Below are positions 39,531-50,034 of a DNA stretch of 64,000 nucleotides, piece after piece. Source of the DNA: an uncultured Actinomycetes bacterium (GTDB lineage Bacteria; Actinomycetota; Thermoleophilia; UBA2241); NCBI GenBank assembly GCA_963709345.1, contig CAVPVX010000010.1, forward strand, positions 64,001 to 128,000, read 5' to 3'. Each line of letters starts with the position of its first letter. Position 1 is the first letter of the stretch. The notes under the pieces are model-generated. The model did no database searches and was not told the DNA's origin. It saw nothing but the letters and a program-made list of their open reading frames with translations. Position numbers and translations under genes: made by a program.

Positions 39531-39667
39531 CGTCAGTGATCGATCCCTTCTGGTGGGGCGGGATGGCCTTCGGCCCCGCCGCATCCTTCGTCGAGACTGG
39601 AGAGCAAGTATACATCTTGACTACAGTGTAGAGGCACACCCTAAAGCAGGCAACTCCGCACCTCTAT

Positions 39668-41230
39668 TCACGGGGACGTGCTCGGCGACGTCTGCAGCCC
39701 CGCGCCGGCCCCCGGCGCCCAAGCCGGCGTGAGCGCGTCCTCGAGCAGCACCTTCGCGTCTCCTCCGGCCGGGCTCGTCAGGTAGATCGTCCCGGTCCGG
39801 TACTTCTCCTGGTCGTACTCCGCCCATGCGATGCTCTCGCCGTCCGGCGACCACGACAGCTTCTGCACGATGGTGTCCTTGTACCTGGCCACGACCTGAG
39901 CTTCGCCGCCCGCCTCGATGTCGAAGACCCAGAAGATCGCGGGCCCGATGCCGCCTTCGTCCGCCGCCGGCTCGAGGGAGTGCCCGGTGAACACCACCCT
40001 GGTGCCGCCGGGATCCCAGGCGTACCCCGCCGGCAACTGCGTCGCCTTCTCGGGCATGAGGGTCCTGCCGCTGACGTCGATCACCGTGTAGCTGGTGCTC
40101 ACGTCGCTGCCCGCACGCCTGAAGATGACGGCGTCGCCCGCCGGCGAGAGCAGCGGGTCGTCGAAGCGGCGCGAGTTGACGTCGAAGAACGCCTTTTCCG
40201 AGCCGAGTTCGGTGACCGAACCCGAGGGACGATCGAGCAGCTGGAGCCGCTCCGTGGCCGTGGGCATCCCGTGCTTGTCCGTCTTCTGGTCCGTGTAGGT
40301 GACGAACGCTATCGTCGCGCCGTCGCGGGAGGCGCTCACCGAGACGCCGCTCAGCGCCGAGCCGGCGGAATCCTGGAGCGGAGAGACCTCTTTCGTCGTG
40401 GGGTCGTACACGACGAGCACGGGGTTCTCGCCGGTGTTCTTGGGGGTGGCCGTGTAGCCGGCGATGAGGAGCTCGCCGGCAGAGAGCCAGGCGATGCTGT
40501 CGACTGCGACGACGCCGGGCGTGTCGATGATCACTTCCCTGGGCGCCTCACTCCCGGCCTCAAAGAGCCATACGGCGCTGCGCTTGTAGGTGCCCGCCAC
40601 GCACGCCAGCCACCTGCCCTCCGGCGAATGGGCGATCTGGTAGATCTCGCGGCCGCCGAACGTCATGAGCTCCCGGACGGAGCCGTCGGCGTCCACCGTC
40701 GCCAGCCGGTTGGCGCGTGGGCCGACGGCGGCTGCCAGATACCGAGTCACGACGGGCGCGCTCGTGGCGAGCGTCGAGGCCACCGGCGTCGGGGGCGCCT
40801 CCTTTCCGCCGATGAGGTCGCCGAGGGGCAGGATGAAGACCGCGGCGACGGCGGCGATGGCGATCACGGCGAGGACGACGACCACGATCAGCCAGGTCGG
40901 CGCGCCCTTGCGCGGGCCACCGGGCGGGGCGGTGGCGGCGCCGTGGCCGGGCGGCGGCCCGGCCGGAGGCGGCGCGGTCGATGCGGGCAGAGGAGCGAAC
41001 GACACAGGTGGAGGCGTCGCTGCGAGCGGCTGCGCCGGGGGCACGATCGGCTGGGCCGGAGCCGCCGCCGTAGCCGCCACCGGAACGCCGCAGCTCTTAC
41101 AGAAGGCGGCGTCGGGCGCCAGAAGAGCGCCGCATGAGGCGCAGGTGGCGGAGCGACGGGCCCCGCAGCCCTCGCAGAAGAGCGCGTCGTCTTCGTTTGC
41201 GCGCCCGCAGGCGGAGCAGTTGCTCGCCAT
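39668..41230 (-). CDS. Double zinc-ribbon membrane protein with predicted TolB-like beta-propeller
   Basis: Four CxxCG motifs, Pro-rich linker, one TM helix, SPEG/SRDG/WSPDG repeats. Confidence 0.75.
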   Translation of the reverse strand: MASNCSACGRANEDDALFCEGCGARRSATCASCGALLAPDAAFCKSCGVPVAATAAAPAQPIVPPAQPLAATPPPVSFAPLPASTAPPPAGPPPGHGAATAPPGGPRKGAPTWLIVVVVLAVIAIAAVAAVFILPLGDLIGGKEAPPTPVASTLATSAPVVTRYLAAAVGPRANRLATVDADGSVRELMTFGGREIYQIAHSPEGRWLACVAGTYKRSAVWLFEAGSEAPREVIIDTPGVVAVDSIAWLSAGELLIAGYTATPKNTGENPVLVVYDPTTKEVSPLQDSAGSALSGVSVSASRDGATIAFVTYTDQKTDKHGMPTATERLQLLDRPSGSVTELGSEKAFFDVNSRRFDDPLLSPAGDAVIFRRAGSDVSTSYTVIDVSGRTLMPEKATQLPAGYAWDPGGTRVVFTGHSLEPAADEGGIGPAIFWVFDIEAGGEAQVVARYKDTIVQKLSWSPDGESIAWAEYDQEKYRTGTIYLTSPAGGDAKVLLEDALTPAWAPGAGAGLQTSPSTSP

Positions 41231-41355
41231 GTCCCCCTCCAGGTACGTTCGGTCGAGGTCGTCGCGATGAATGGTACCTGCTGCGGCTCGCTAGTGACAG
41301 GAGGTCGCCGTGGCTATTTCGGGCGGGGATTCGGCGGGTGAGGCAGCCACATCCC

Positions 41356-42594
41356 TCACCAGCCTGGCTCGGGCGCTCGGGAACACGGCTCGGGGCCGGC
41401 GGCCAGGGCGCGGCGCACGCGGCCCCGGCCGAGAAGCATCAGCGCCGCGGCCAAGGCAGCAGTGGCGGCGCCGAACGAGAACGTCGCCCACGGCCCGATG
41501 GCGCTCCATAGAAGTCCGCCGAGCGTGCTGGCGGCGAAGCTCGCGAGGCCGGTCGCCGTGTAGTAGAGGCCGAGCGCGGAGGCACGCTCGCCCGTCGGGA
41601 TAGCGCGCCCGATCAGCGCCTTGCTGGTGCCTTCGGTGGCGGCGATGTAGAGGCCGTAGGCGGCGAAGAGGCCGGCGAGAGCCCACCCCGAGACGGTTGC
41701 CGCGAAGCCCAGGTAGACGACCGCGAACGCCCCGTATCCGGCGATGACCAGTGGGTACTGGCCGATGCGGTCGCTGAGGCCGCCGAGCGGCAGCGACCCG
41801 GCCGAATAGACGACGTTGTAGAGCACGTAGAGAAGGATCACGGCGGAGGTCCCGAGGCCGACATCCTTGGCCTTGAGCAGGATGAACATGTCGCTGGAGT
41901 TGCCGACTGCGAAGAGCAGGGAGCCGGCCAGCAGCCAGCGGAAGGCCGGCGACGCCGGCAGCGACAAACGGAAGGCCCGGCGCTGGGGCTGCTCCCTGTG
42001 CTCGCGCACGAAGAGCAAGATCGCGAGCACGCTCAGCAGCCCCGGCACCACGGCGATGGCGAAGATCCAGCGCAGCGACACGTGCGCCTGCACCAGAGCC
42101 AGGGCCACGAGCGGCCCGATCACGGCGCCCAACGTGTCCATGCTGCGGTGCAGGCCGAACGCCAGACCCTGCTGTCCGGGTCGCGTGTTCGCCGCGATGA
42201 GGTCGTCGCGCGGGGCCGTGCGCATGCCCTTGCCGAGGCGGTCGGTGAAGCGACCGGCCAGCGCCGACGGCCAGCCGGCCGCCAACGCGATCGCGAGCTT
42301 GCCGAGGCCGCCGAGCGTGTAGCCGGCAAGCACGAAGGGCTTGCGCCGGCCGGTGTAGTCGGCGGCCTGTCCGAACGGGTACTTGGTGAGGCTCGCCGTC
42401 GCCTCGGCGATGCCCTCGATGACTCCGAGGGCCGCCACCGGCAGGCCGAGCACCGAGGTGACGAAGATGGGGAACAGGGGATACGCGATCTCCGAGCTCA
42501 GGTCGGCGAAGAAGCTGACGAGGCCGAGGCTGCGCACGTTGGGGTCGAGGGTGCGGAGCCTGGCGGACCAGCGGCGCGGGTCGAGACGGGCCAT
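41356..42594 (-). CDS. MFS transporter
   Basis: Multiple TM helices; DYTGRRK, DRLGKGMRTAPRD, GLSDRIG. Confidence 0.9.
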   Translation of the reverse strand: MARLDPRRWSARLRTLDPNVRSLGLVSFFADLSSEIAYPLFPIFVTSVLGLPVAALGVIEGIAEATASLTKYPFGQAADYTGRRKPFVLAGYTLGGLGKLAIALAAGWPSALAGRFTDRLGKGMRTAPRDDLIAANTRPGQQGLAFGLHRSMDTLGAVIGPLVALALVQAHVSLRWIFAIAVVPGLLSVLAILLFVREHREQPQRRAFRLSLPASPAFRWLLAGSLLFAVGNSSDMFILLKAKDVGLGTSAVILLYVLYNVVYSAGSLPLGGLSDRIGQYPLVIAGYGAFAVVYLGFAATVSGWALAGLFAAYGLYIAATEGTSKALIGRAIPTGERASALGLYYTATGLASFAASTLGGLLWSAIGPWATFSFGAATAALAAALMLLGRGRVRRALAAGPEPCSRAPEPGW

Positions 42595-42738
42595 GGCCCG
42601 ATGCTATCAGTCGAGCGGCTCCCGGGCGGTGAGGCCCTCTGTGAGGGCGCCGGCGTGGCCACGCCGGCGATGCCGCCGGGCGAGCGCGGCGGCGCGGAGG
42701 GGCGGGTCAAGCTCGGCGACGGTCCGCAGCCGGGGGCC

Positions 42739-43137
42739 TCAGAAGGCTCCGGGGCCGATGTAGGCGGTGAGCCCGGAGTCGGCCTCTTCGTAGATGCCCC
42801 AGACCTTCTTCACCGGCGTCAGGTTCCTCCAGTAGCCCGTGCTGCCCTTGGGCGTGATGAGGATGTCGCCGGGACCGGCGACATGCACCGCGCCGTCGTC
42901 GTCGGTGACCTCGACCTCGCCCTCGATGATGTAGGCGACCTCGTGGTACGGCCGCTCGAAGTGGCGGCGCTGGTCGTCGCGTTTCCACAGACCGAAGCTG
43001 AACTTGTCGTCCGCCGACATGGCGGCGGTGAACTCGTGCCCCGGGGGCTCGGTCTCCTCCGGGTTTCGCGGAGCCTCTTCCCAGATGACGTCCTCGGACT
43101 TGATCACGCGGATCCGTGTGGTGTCCAGATCGCCCAT
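42739..43137 (-). CDS. Cupin domain protein (EutQ/DUF861-like)
   Basis: GLW, EVAYIIEGEV, GPGDILITPKG, VKKVW. Confidence 0.8.
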   Translation of the reverse strand: MGDLDTTRIRVIKSEDVIWEEAPRNPEETEPPGHEFTAAMSADDKFSFGLWKRDDQRRHFERPYHEVAYIIEGEVEVTDDDGAVHVAGPGDILITPKGSTGYWRNLTPVKKVWGIYEEADSGLTAYIGPGAF

Positions 43138-43256
43138 CGATCCTCCTGTCGCTTGGCTCTGCGCGCCGCTCGGACGGCGTAGAATCGCGGCGGTGCTCCG
43201 GCGCCGCCATTGTATGCCGCCGGAGTCGTGGTGTCCGTCGTCGGAGGAGGTCGCTG

Positions 43257-44567
43257 GTGAATCTGCAGTCTGCGCTCGAGGAGCACATCGTCGAAGCCGT
43301 ACACGCAGCCAGGGACGAGCTCGTCGGCCTGGCCGCGGAACTCGTCGCCTGCGACACCAGAGCGCGCCTCCCCGGCGAGCCGGCGCGTGACGAGGAGAAG
43401 CTGCAGCGGCTGCTCGCAGGGCGGCTGGAGGCGCACGGCGCGGAGCCGGACGTGTGGGAGCCGGAGCCGACCGGTGAGGGCGACCGTTTCGTGCCGGCCG
43501 GCCTCGACTTCGTCGGGCGGCCGCAGCTCGCCGCCGTCCTCCCCGGCTCCGGCGGCGGGCGAAGCCTGCTCCTGAACGGCCACGTCGACGCCGTCGACGT
43601 GGAGCCGCGCGATCAGTGGCTCAGCGACCCGCTCAGGCTCACCGAGCGCGACGGCTACCTGTACGGACGAGGCGCGAACGACATGAAGGGCGGCATCGCG
43701 GGCATGGCCATCGCCCTGGATGCGCTGCATCGTCAGGGCGTCCGTCTTGCCGGAGACGTCGTCTTCTGCACGGTCACCGACGAGGAGTCGTCGGGCGCCG
43801 GCGGCCGCGCCGCGGTCGAACACGGCGTCCGCGCCGACGCCGGCATCGCTGCCGAGCCCACCGACTTCGACGCCTGGGTGAGCTGTCGGGGCACCGTCAC
43901 GCCGACGATCACCGTCGCCGGCCGCGCCGGCCACGCCGAGATGCCGCAGGCCGGGTGGCGTGAGGGCGGCGCAGTCAACGCCATCGAGAAGCTCGTGACG
44001 GTGCTGGGCGGGGTGGGCGCGCTCCGCGAGGAGTGGAAGACGCGCCCCGACCACGCGCATCCGCTGCTCGCTCCGGGCGACATCGTCCCGACGGTCGTGC
44101 AGGGGGGCACCTGGATCGTGACCATCCCCGCCTCGTGTGCGGTCACGTGCGACATCACCTATTTGCCGAACCACGTGGACGCGGACGGGACCGGGAAGGC
44201 AGTCGAGGCGGAGGTGATCGACCGCCTGAACAAGGCTGTGGCCGGCGACCCGTGGTTCGCGGAGCATCCGCTGCGCTTCACCTGGTCGGATGACGTCGTG
44301 CCCGCCGAGATGCCGGCCGATCACCCGCTGGTGACGACCGCGCTGGGCTGCGCCGCCGCGCTCGGTCGCGCGGGCAAGCCCGCCGGCCTGAACAGCTGGC
44401 ACGACGCGGCCACTTTCACCCGCGCCGGCACGCCGACCTTCAGCTTCGGCCCGGACGGTATCGAGACCGCCCACGCCGTCAACGAGCGCGTCGGCGTCCA
44501 GGCCCTCGTCGACTTCAGCGCCGCGATCGCGCTGACGGCGGTGCGCTGGTGCGGGGTCGCGTCGTGA
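43257..44567 (+). CDS. M20 family deacylase (ArgE/DapE-like)
   Basis: LNGHVD, GRGANDMKGG, DEE, EPT, AHAVNE; GGAGG RBS. Confidence 0.9.
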   Translation: MNLQSALEEHIVEAVHAARDELVGLAAELVACDTRARLPGEPARDEEKLQRLLAGRLEAHGAEPDVWEPEPTGEGDRFVPAGLDFVGRPQLAAVLPGSGGGRSLLLNGHVDAVDVEPRDQWLSDPLRLTERDGYLYGRGANDMKGGIAGMAIALDALHRQGVRLAGDVVFCTVTDEESSGAGGRAAVEHGVRADAGIAAEPTDFDAWVSCRGTVTPTITVAGRAGHAEMPQAGWREGGAVNAIEKLVTVLGGVGALREEWKTRPDHAHPLLAPGDIVPTVVQGGTWIVTIPASCAVTCDITYLPNHVDADGTGKAVEAEVIDRLNKAVAGDPWFAEHPLRFTWSDDVVPAEMPADHPLVTTALGCAAALGRAGKPAGLNSWHDAATFTRAGTPTFSFGPDGIETAHAVNERVGVQALVDFSAAIALTAVRWCGVAS

Positions 44568-44681
44568 ACGTCCGCGTGGTCTCTCGCGCGCCGGGACTCC
44601 CAGGGGCCCGCGCGCCTCACTGCTCGGGCCCGCCGTCGTTGTAGGCTGTGCCCAGGTCGCTCGCGGTCGAGGGAGGTAGTC

Positions 44682-45441
44682 GTGGAAGGTCTGGCCGACA
44701 AGGTCGTTCTGATCACCGGCGGGTCGTCGGGTATCGGTGAGGCGTGTGCGCGGCGTCTCTCGGTGGAGGGCTGCGCCGTCATGGTCGCGGGGCGCGCCGA
44801 GGCGAAGACGCGTGCGGTCGCCGAAGGCATCCTCCCCGAGGGCAAGCACGGCTGGGTGACGGGCGACGTGCGCAACGCTGGTGATTGCCGGGCGCTGGTC
44901 ACGGCGACGATGGAGCGCTATGGGCAGCTCGACGTGCTGGTGCACTGCGCCGGCGTTTGGGATGAGCGGCCGACGCTCGACGTCACCGAGGAGGACTGGG
45001 ACGCCGTCCTCGAGACGAACCTCAAGGGCGCCTTCTTCACGATGCAGGCGGCGCTCTCCCCGATGGTCGAGGCCGGCGGCGGCGTGATCGTCGTCATCGC
45101 CAGCGACTCCGGCACGCACGGGGAGCCCGGCGCTGCCGCCTACGGCGCCTCGAAGGCCGGGCTCATCAATCTGGTGCGCACGCTGGCTCATGACCACGGG
45201 TCCGGACGGCGTGCGCGTCTGCGCCGTCTCGCCGGGCATCATCGAGACGCCGATGCTGACGCGGGCGATCGCCGGCGCGCCGGACCCGGAGGCATACGCG
45301 GCCGTGCAGGCCGACGGGTACCCCGTCGGCAGGGTCGGCCGCCCCGAGGAGGTCGCCGCCGTGGTCGCCTTCGTCGCCAGTGACGAGGCGAGCTTCGTCA
45401 CCGGTGACTCCTGGCTGGTCGACGGCGGTTTCACCGCGTGA
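44682..45441 (+). pseudogene. SDR oxidoreductase with a single-base frameshift near 45198-45200
   Basis: TGGSSGIG...YGASK...AHDHG in one frame; PDGVRVCAVSPG...VDGG in another; removing one G from GGG restores the gene. Confidence 0.8.
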
Positions 45442-46403
45442 CCCGAGGGCCGGCCGAGCCGCCGGAGGCGGTGGCGCCGGCCCCTGCGCGCGCCCGCGTG
45501 CCGGATCGCCGGCGCGCCCTCATCGCCGACGCGGCGCTGCTCAGCGTCGCCGTCATCTGGGGTCTCAACTTCGTCGTCATCAAGGACGCCATCGCCGACA
45601 CGGGCCCGATGACGTACCTGCTCTGGCGGCACATCCTGGCGGCGCTCATGCTCGCGGCGGTGATGCCGCGCGCGGTCGGGCAGATCGGCCGGCGCGACTG
45701 GCTCTACGGCTCCGTTCTCGGTGCCTGCCTCTTCGTCGCCTTCGCGGCGCAGACGATCGGGCTGCAGTGGACGACGCCGGGCAAGAGCGGTTTCATCACC
45801 AGTCTCTACATCGTCATGGTGCCGTTCCTGTATTGGATCGTGGCGCGCCGCTCGCCGGGCTGGCTGCAGGTGTCGGGCGCGGTTGTCGCGACGGCGGGTC
45901 TGGGGTTCCTGACCTTGCGCGGCGGTCTCGGCATGGGGCGCGGCGACCTGCTCACGCTGGTCGGCGCCGTCGGCTTCGCCGGGCAGATCGTGGCCACCGG
46001 GTTCTTCGCGCCGCGCACTCGTCCGGCGGTGCTGGCGCTGACGCAGATCGCCGCCGCGGCCGCGCTCTTCGTCGTCGTCACCCCGTTCGTCGAGCACGTG
46101 AGCGTGGACTTCGGCGCGAGGGCCTGGGCGGCCATCGTGTGGACGGCCGCCAGCGGCACCGTCTTCGGTTTCGTCGTGCAGGCCTGGGCGCAGAAGGCGA
46201 CGACCTCGACGCGCGCCGGGGTCATCCTCGGGCTCGAGGGCCTCTTCGCCGCCGTCTTCGGCCTGCTGTTCGGCTTCGACGCGCTCACCTGGCGCTTCGT
46301 CCTCGGAGCGGCGCTGATCGCCGCCGGCGTGATCGTCATCGAGGCCGCGCCCGGCCGGCGCGGCGAGCCGAACCCGGCCGATGTGCTCCCGCGGGCGGAC
46401 TGA
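45438..46403 (+). CDS. DMT/EamA family transporter
   Basis: IWGLNFVVIK, QTIGLQWTT, QAWAQK; about 10 TM segments. Confidence 0.9.
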   Translation: MTRGPAEPPEAVAPAPARARVPDRRRALIADAALLSVAVIWGLNFVVIKDAIADTGPMTYLLWRHILAALMLAAVMPRAVGQIGRRDWLYGSVLGACLFVAFAAQTIGLQWTTPGKSGFITSLYIVMVPFLYWIVARRSPGWLQVSGAVVATAGLGFLTLRGGLGMGRGDLLTLVGAVGFAGQIVATGFFAPRTRPAVLALTQIAAAAALFVVVTPFVEHVSVDFGARAWAAIVWTAASGTVFGFVVQAWAQKATTSTRAGVILGLEGLFAAVFGLLFGFDALTWRFVLGAALIAAGVIVIEAAPGRRGEPNPADVLPRAD

Positions 46404-46577
46404 CGACGAGTGGCCGCCGGTGCGGCCGGCGGCGGCAGTCGGCCGGCGAGACCCTGCCGGTGGCTCGGGCTTGATGGGCTTGAAGCGACCGAGCCTGAGT
46501 CGGCGGCGCACCAGACCGCCCCGGCGCCCGGCCTTCAGCGTCCCGTCACTCGCCGCGCTTCCGATAGGATCATCGTG

Positions 46578-47582
46578 ATGGCGACTCTCCCGAGCAGCAC
46601 GCACGCATCGCGCCGCAAGGCGCTCGTCGCCGACGTGCTGCTCTTCAGCGTCGCCATCTTCTGGGGCAGCAACTTCGTCTTCATCAAAGACGCCGTCGAG
46701 CGCACCACCGAGCTCGCCGCCGGGAGCATCGTCGCCGGCACGATGCTGTATCTGGTGCTGCGCTACGTGGTCGCGACCGGGATCTTCGCCGTGGCGCAGC
46801 CGCGCAGCTGGCTCCGGTCGACTCGCGGCGACTGGGCGCGGGGCGGCCTGCTCGGCGCCTTCTACCTGACCGCCCTCATCCTCCAGACCATCGGGTTGCA
46901 GCGCACGTCGCCCGGCGTCAGCGGGTTCATCACCGGGATGAGCGTCGCCATGGTCCCCTTCCTCTACTGGGCCGTTGCCCGCCGGTCGCCGGGCCGCTGG
47001 CAGATCATCGGCGCGATCATCGCCACCGTCGGGCTTGGGGCGCTCAGCCTGCAGGGCGACTTCTCGATCCGCTGGGGCGACGCGATCACCCTGCTCGGCA
47101 CGCTCTTCTACGCCTTGCACATCATGACCACCGGCTTCTTCGCGCCGAAGGTGAAGCCGACGACCTTGGCGATCACCCAGATGGCCGTCTCGACGGCGGT
47201 CCTCGTCGTCGTCACCCCGTTCGTGGTGCAGATCACCTTCGATCTGCCTTGGCAGGTGTGGGCGGCCGTGGTCTGGACTGCCGTCACCGGCACCATCTAT
47301 GCGTTCTTCATCCAGAGCTGGGCGCAGCGCTACACGACCTCGACGCACGCGGCGATCCTCCTCGGCTTCGAGAGCGTCTTCGCCGCCATCGCCGGCATCG
47401 CCGTCGGCATGGACTCCGTGACCTGGCGCTTGCTGGTCGGCGGCACGATGATGCTCAGCGGCGTCTTCATCGTCGAGTTGTTGCCCTCGTCAAAGGGGGT
47501 CGTCGACGAGATCGAGGCGGAAGAGGGGCCGGTCGGCGTGGACGGACCGGTGGACTCCGGCGGACCGTCCGGCGCGTCGTGA
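46578..47582 (+). CDS. DMT/EamA family transporter (tandem paralog)
   Basis: FWGSNFVFIK, QTIGLQRTS, QSWAQR; leaderless signature TAGGAT-7nt-ATG. Confidence 0.9.
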   Translation: MATLPSSTHASRRKALVADVLLFSVAIFWGSNFVFIKDAVERTTELAAGSIVAGTMLYLVLRYVVATGIFAVAQPRSWLRSTRGDWARGGLLGAFYLTALILQTIGLQRTSPGVSGFITGMSVAMVPFLYWAVARRSPGRWQIIGAIIATVGLGALSLQGDFSIRWGDAITLLGTLFYALHIMTTGFFAPKVKPTTLAITQMAVSTAVLVVVTPFVVQITFDLPWQVWAAVVWTAVTGTIYAFFIQSWAQRYTTSTHAAILLGFESVFAAIAGIAVGMDSVTWRLLVGGTMMLSGVFIVELLPSSKGVVDEIEAEEGPVGVDGPVDSGGPSGAS

Positions 47583-48310
47583 GCGGCCCGGCGCCCGGTG
47601 GCTACGAGGCGCTCGCGCTCACGCCGGCCGAGCGCGAGCAGATCGAGGAGCAGCTGAGCGCGTGCTTCGGGCTGACGCCCGCCGGCGCCCGCGCCTGGGT
47701 CGCCACATCGGCGCGCCGCGGCTGGTACTACGGCTGGAGGGTCGGGGAGCGGATCGCCGCCAGCGTCGCCTTCGAGCCGCTGGAGTTCAGGCGCGGAGGG
47801 CGCGCGGCGGGCGCCGCTCCGCTCCGCGCCCTCCTTCTGCAGAGCCACTACGTGCACCCCGACTTCCGCGGGCAGGGCTACCGCGTGCGTGAGGCGTTCC
47901 TCGACGAGGTGCTCGAGCGGCACGACGGCCGTACCATCGTGCTCTGTCTGTACGACGACGCGTTGGCTGGGTACTGGCGCGAGGCGGGGTTCGATCTGGA
48001 GCACGGGCGCGAGACCGTTACGACGGCGGCGGCGCTGGATCGCTGGGCCGCCGCGCTCTCGCCGGTGGTCTCCGCCGGCTACCTGGCCGCGAAGCGCGAG
48101 GAGGCCGAAGCCGACGGCGCCTCGGTCACCGAGGTGTGCGGGCTCATGCTGATCAGCGATCGTGGCTCGGCCGCCCACACGGAACTGCTGGTCACCGACC
48201 TCGAGCGCGCGCGTCTCGCGCCTCCGGCGCTGCTCGCGCAGCCGCTCGAGGTCACGACGATCATGAGCTATCCGGCGCGGCTCGGCCTCTTCTGCCCCGT
48301 GGTGGTCTGA
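47579..48310 (+). CDS. Putative GNAT-fold protein
   Basis: YVHPDFRGQG acetyl-CoA-binding-like motif and YWREAGF; GTGA overlap. Confidence 0.55.
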   Translation: MSGPAPGGYEALALTPAEREQIEEQLSACFGLTPAGARAWVATSARRGWYYGWRVGERIAASVAFEPLEFRRGGRAAGAAPLRALLLQSHYVHPDFRGQGYRVREAFLDEVLERHDGRTIVLCLYDDALAGYWREAGFDLEHGRETVTTAAALDRWAAALSPVVSAGYLAAKREEAEADGASVTEVCGLMLISDRGSAAHTELLVTDLERARLAPPALLAQPLEVTTIMSYPARLGLFCPVVV

Positions 48311-48334
48311 GCGGCGCGGGCTCCGTGGCGAGGC

Positions 48335-48623
48335 ATGAGCTCGTGATAGCGCGATGGGGTCACGTCCGAGCTCACAGACCGCCCGTTCGCCGACCTCCCG
48401 CCGACGGCGCGCCGCATCTTTGCCGCCGCGCAGACGATCGTGTCGGAGCGGCTACGCCGATCTCACCATGGCCGCGCTCGAGATGGAGTCGGGCGCCGAC
48501 CCGGCTTCCGGCGCCCGGCGTCCCGTCACGGCTGTTCGCGGCCGTCGTGTACCCGGTGCCGACGTGGGTCTGGGTGAAGCGCGCCGGCAAGGGCGGCTAC
48601 GTGCCCGCCGGAGGCTTTGCCTG
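48335..48623 (+). pseudogene. Degraded TetR-family N-terminal remnant joined to an unrelated membrane-protein-like tail
   Basis: ARRIFAAAQTIVSER, frameshift, then GYADLTMAALEMESG; two stops just after ATG 48335. Confidence 0.5.
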
Positions 48624-48762
48624 ACAAGCACGGTTTCTGCACGGCCGCCTCGCGGGCATAAGGTCGCAGGGGCCGCCTGAAGCGGATTCACGCTTTGTCC
48701 GGCATGGCCCGTACACCGCCGGGGCGAAGACCACGGCCGAGGCGAGGGATACATGGCTCGGG

Positions 48763-50034
48763 ATGAGTGATCAGTTGAAGCCGCGGGTCGCGCTTGACGG
48801 CCTTCTGATCGCCGCATCGTCGGTTGCTTATGCGCGCTTCACGCGAGGCGGTGCCCTGCACAGCGCGAACGCGTGCTTTCGCGACTTGATCGGGGAGGTC
48901 GGAGGAGACGTCCGGCTGGTCGATCTGGTCGTGGAGGGGCAGCGCGAGGCAGTCGAGCGTCTGCTGGACGGCGACGAGCTGCCCTCCGAGGCGCTCAACC
49001 TCCATCTTGCCGTCCGCGACCAGACGCCCACCACGTTGCTCGCGACGTGGGCGTGGGACGGGGACCATCTGGTCCTGCTCGGCGAGATCCCCTTCGCCGA
49101 CCTGGAGGCCGCCCAGGCCACGCTGGTCAAGCTCAACAACCGCGTCTCCGAACTGGCGCGCGAGAATGCGAAAAAGAGCGCTCAGCTCGAGCGCGCGCTC
49201 GACGACTTGCGTGAGACGCAGGCGATGCTCGTGCACCGCGAGAAGATGGCCGCGCTGGGCCAGATGACGGCCGGCGTAGCCCACGAGCTCAACAACCCGC
49301 TCGCCTACGTCAAGAACAACCAGTACCTGGTGCGTCAGGGGGTCCTGGATCTTCTCGAGCTGATCAATCTGTTCGGCGAGGGCCTCGATCCGATCGAGGA
49401 GGCGCAGCCCGAGCTGTTCGATGTGATCATGCAGCGGATCCAGGACGTCGACCTGCCGCGTCTCGGGGAGCGGCTGCCGCGGCTTCTCGAGTCTGTCGAC
49501 GAGGGGCTCGACCGGTCCGTCGGACTGGTCAAGGGCCTGCGCACGTTCTCGCGTCTCGACGAGGCCGAGGTCAAGAGCATCGACCTCAACGAGTCCTTGC
49601 GCTCGGTCGTCGAGTTCGCCGGCTTCCTGATGAAGGAGAACGACACGGAGTTCACTGCGAGCTACGGCGACCTGCCGGCGGTCGTGTGTGCCCCCGGCCA
49701 GCTGAACCAGGCGGTGCTGAACATCCTCACGAATGCCGTGCAGGCGGCCGGTCCCGGCGGGAGGGTGAGCCTGTCCACGGCGGTCGTCGGTGACGAAGCG
49801 CTCATCCGCGTGAGCGACAGCGGGCCCGGCGTGCCGGAGGAGCTCGCCGACCGCGTCTTCGACCCGTTCTTCACGACGCGTCCTGTTGGCGAAGGTACCG
49901 GTCTCGGGCTGAGCATCGCGCACACCGTGGTCGCCGAGCACGGCGGGCGCATCTCTCTTGAAGACGCGCCCGGCGGAGGCGCCGCCTTCACCATCCACCT
50001 GCCTCTCACGGAAGGAGCGCCGCGTGGTCGCTGA
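48763..50034 (+). CDS. Cytoplasmic sensor histidine kinase (degenerate PAS-like N-terminus)
   Basis: AHELNNP H-box, NILTNA, DSGPG, FDPFFTT, GTGLGL; no TM helix. Confidence 0.9.
   Translation: MSDQLKPRVALDGLLIAASSVAYARFTRGGALHSANACFRDLIGEVGGDVRLVDLVVEGQREAVERLLDGDELPSEALNLHLAVRDQTPTTLLATWAWDGDHLVLLGEIPFADLEAAQATLVKLNNRVSELARENAKKSAQLERALDDLRETQAMLVHREKMAALGQMTAGVAHELNNPLAYVKNNQYLVRQGVLDLLELINLFGEGLDPIEEAQPELFDVIMQRIQDVDLPRLGERLPRLLESVDEGLDRSVGLVKGLRTFSRLDEAEVKSIDLNESLRSVVEFAGFLMKENDTEFTASYGDLPAVVCAPGQLNQAVLNILTNAVQAAGPGGRVSLSTAVVGDEALIRVSDSGPGVPEELADRVFDPFFTTRPVGEGTGLGLSIAHTVVAEHGGRISLEDAPGGGAAFTIHLPLTEGAPRGR

Noticed and set aside
43104-47348. 1414-aa minus-strand ORF and other long antisense ORFs (e.g. 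9903-12230, 35780-38197, 57320-59749)
   Set aside because: Shadow ORFs of high-GC genes on the opposite strand, with no recognisable motifs.
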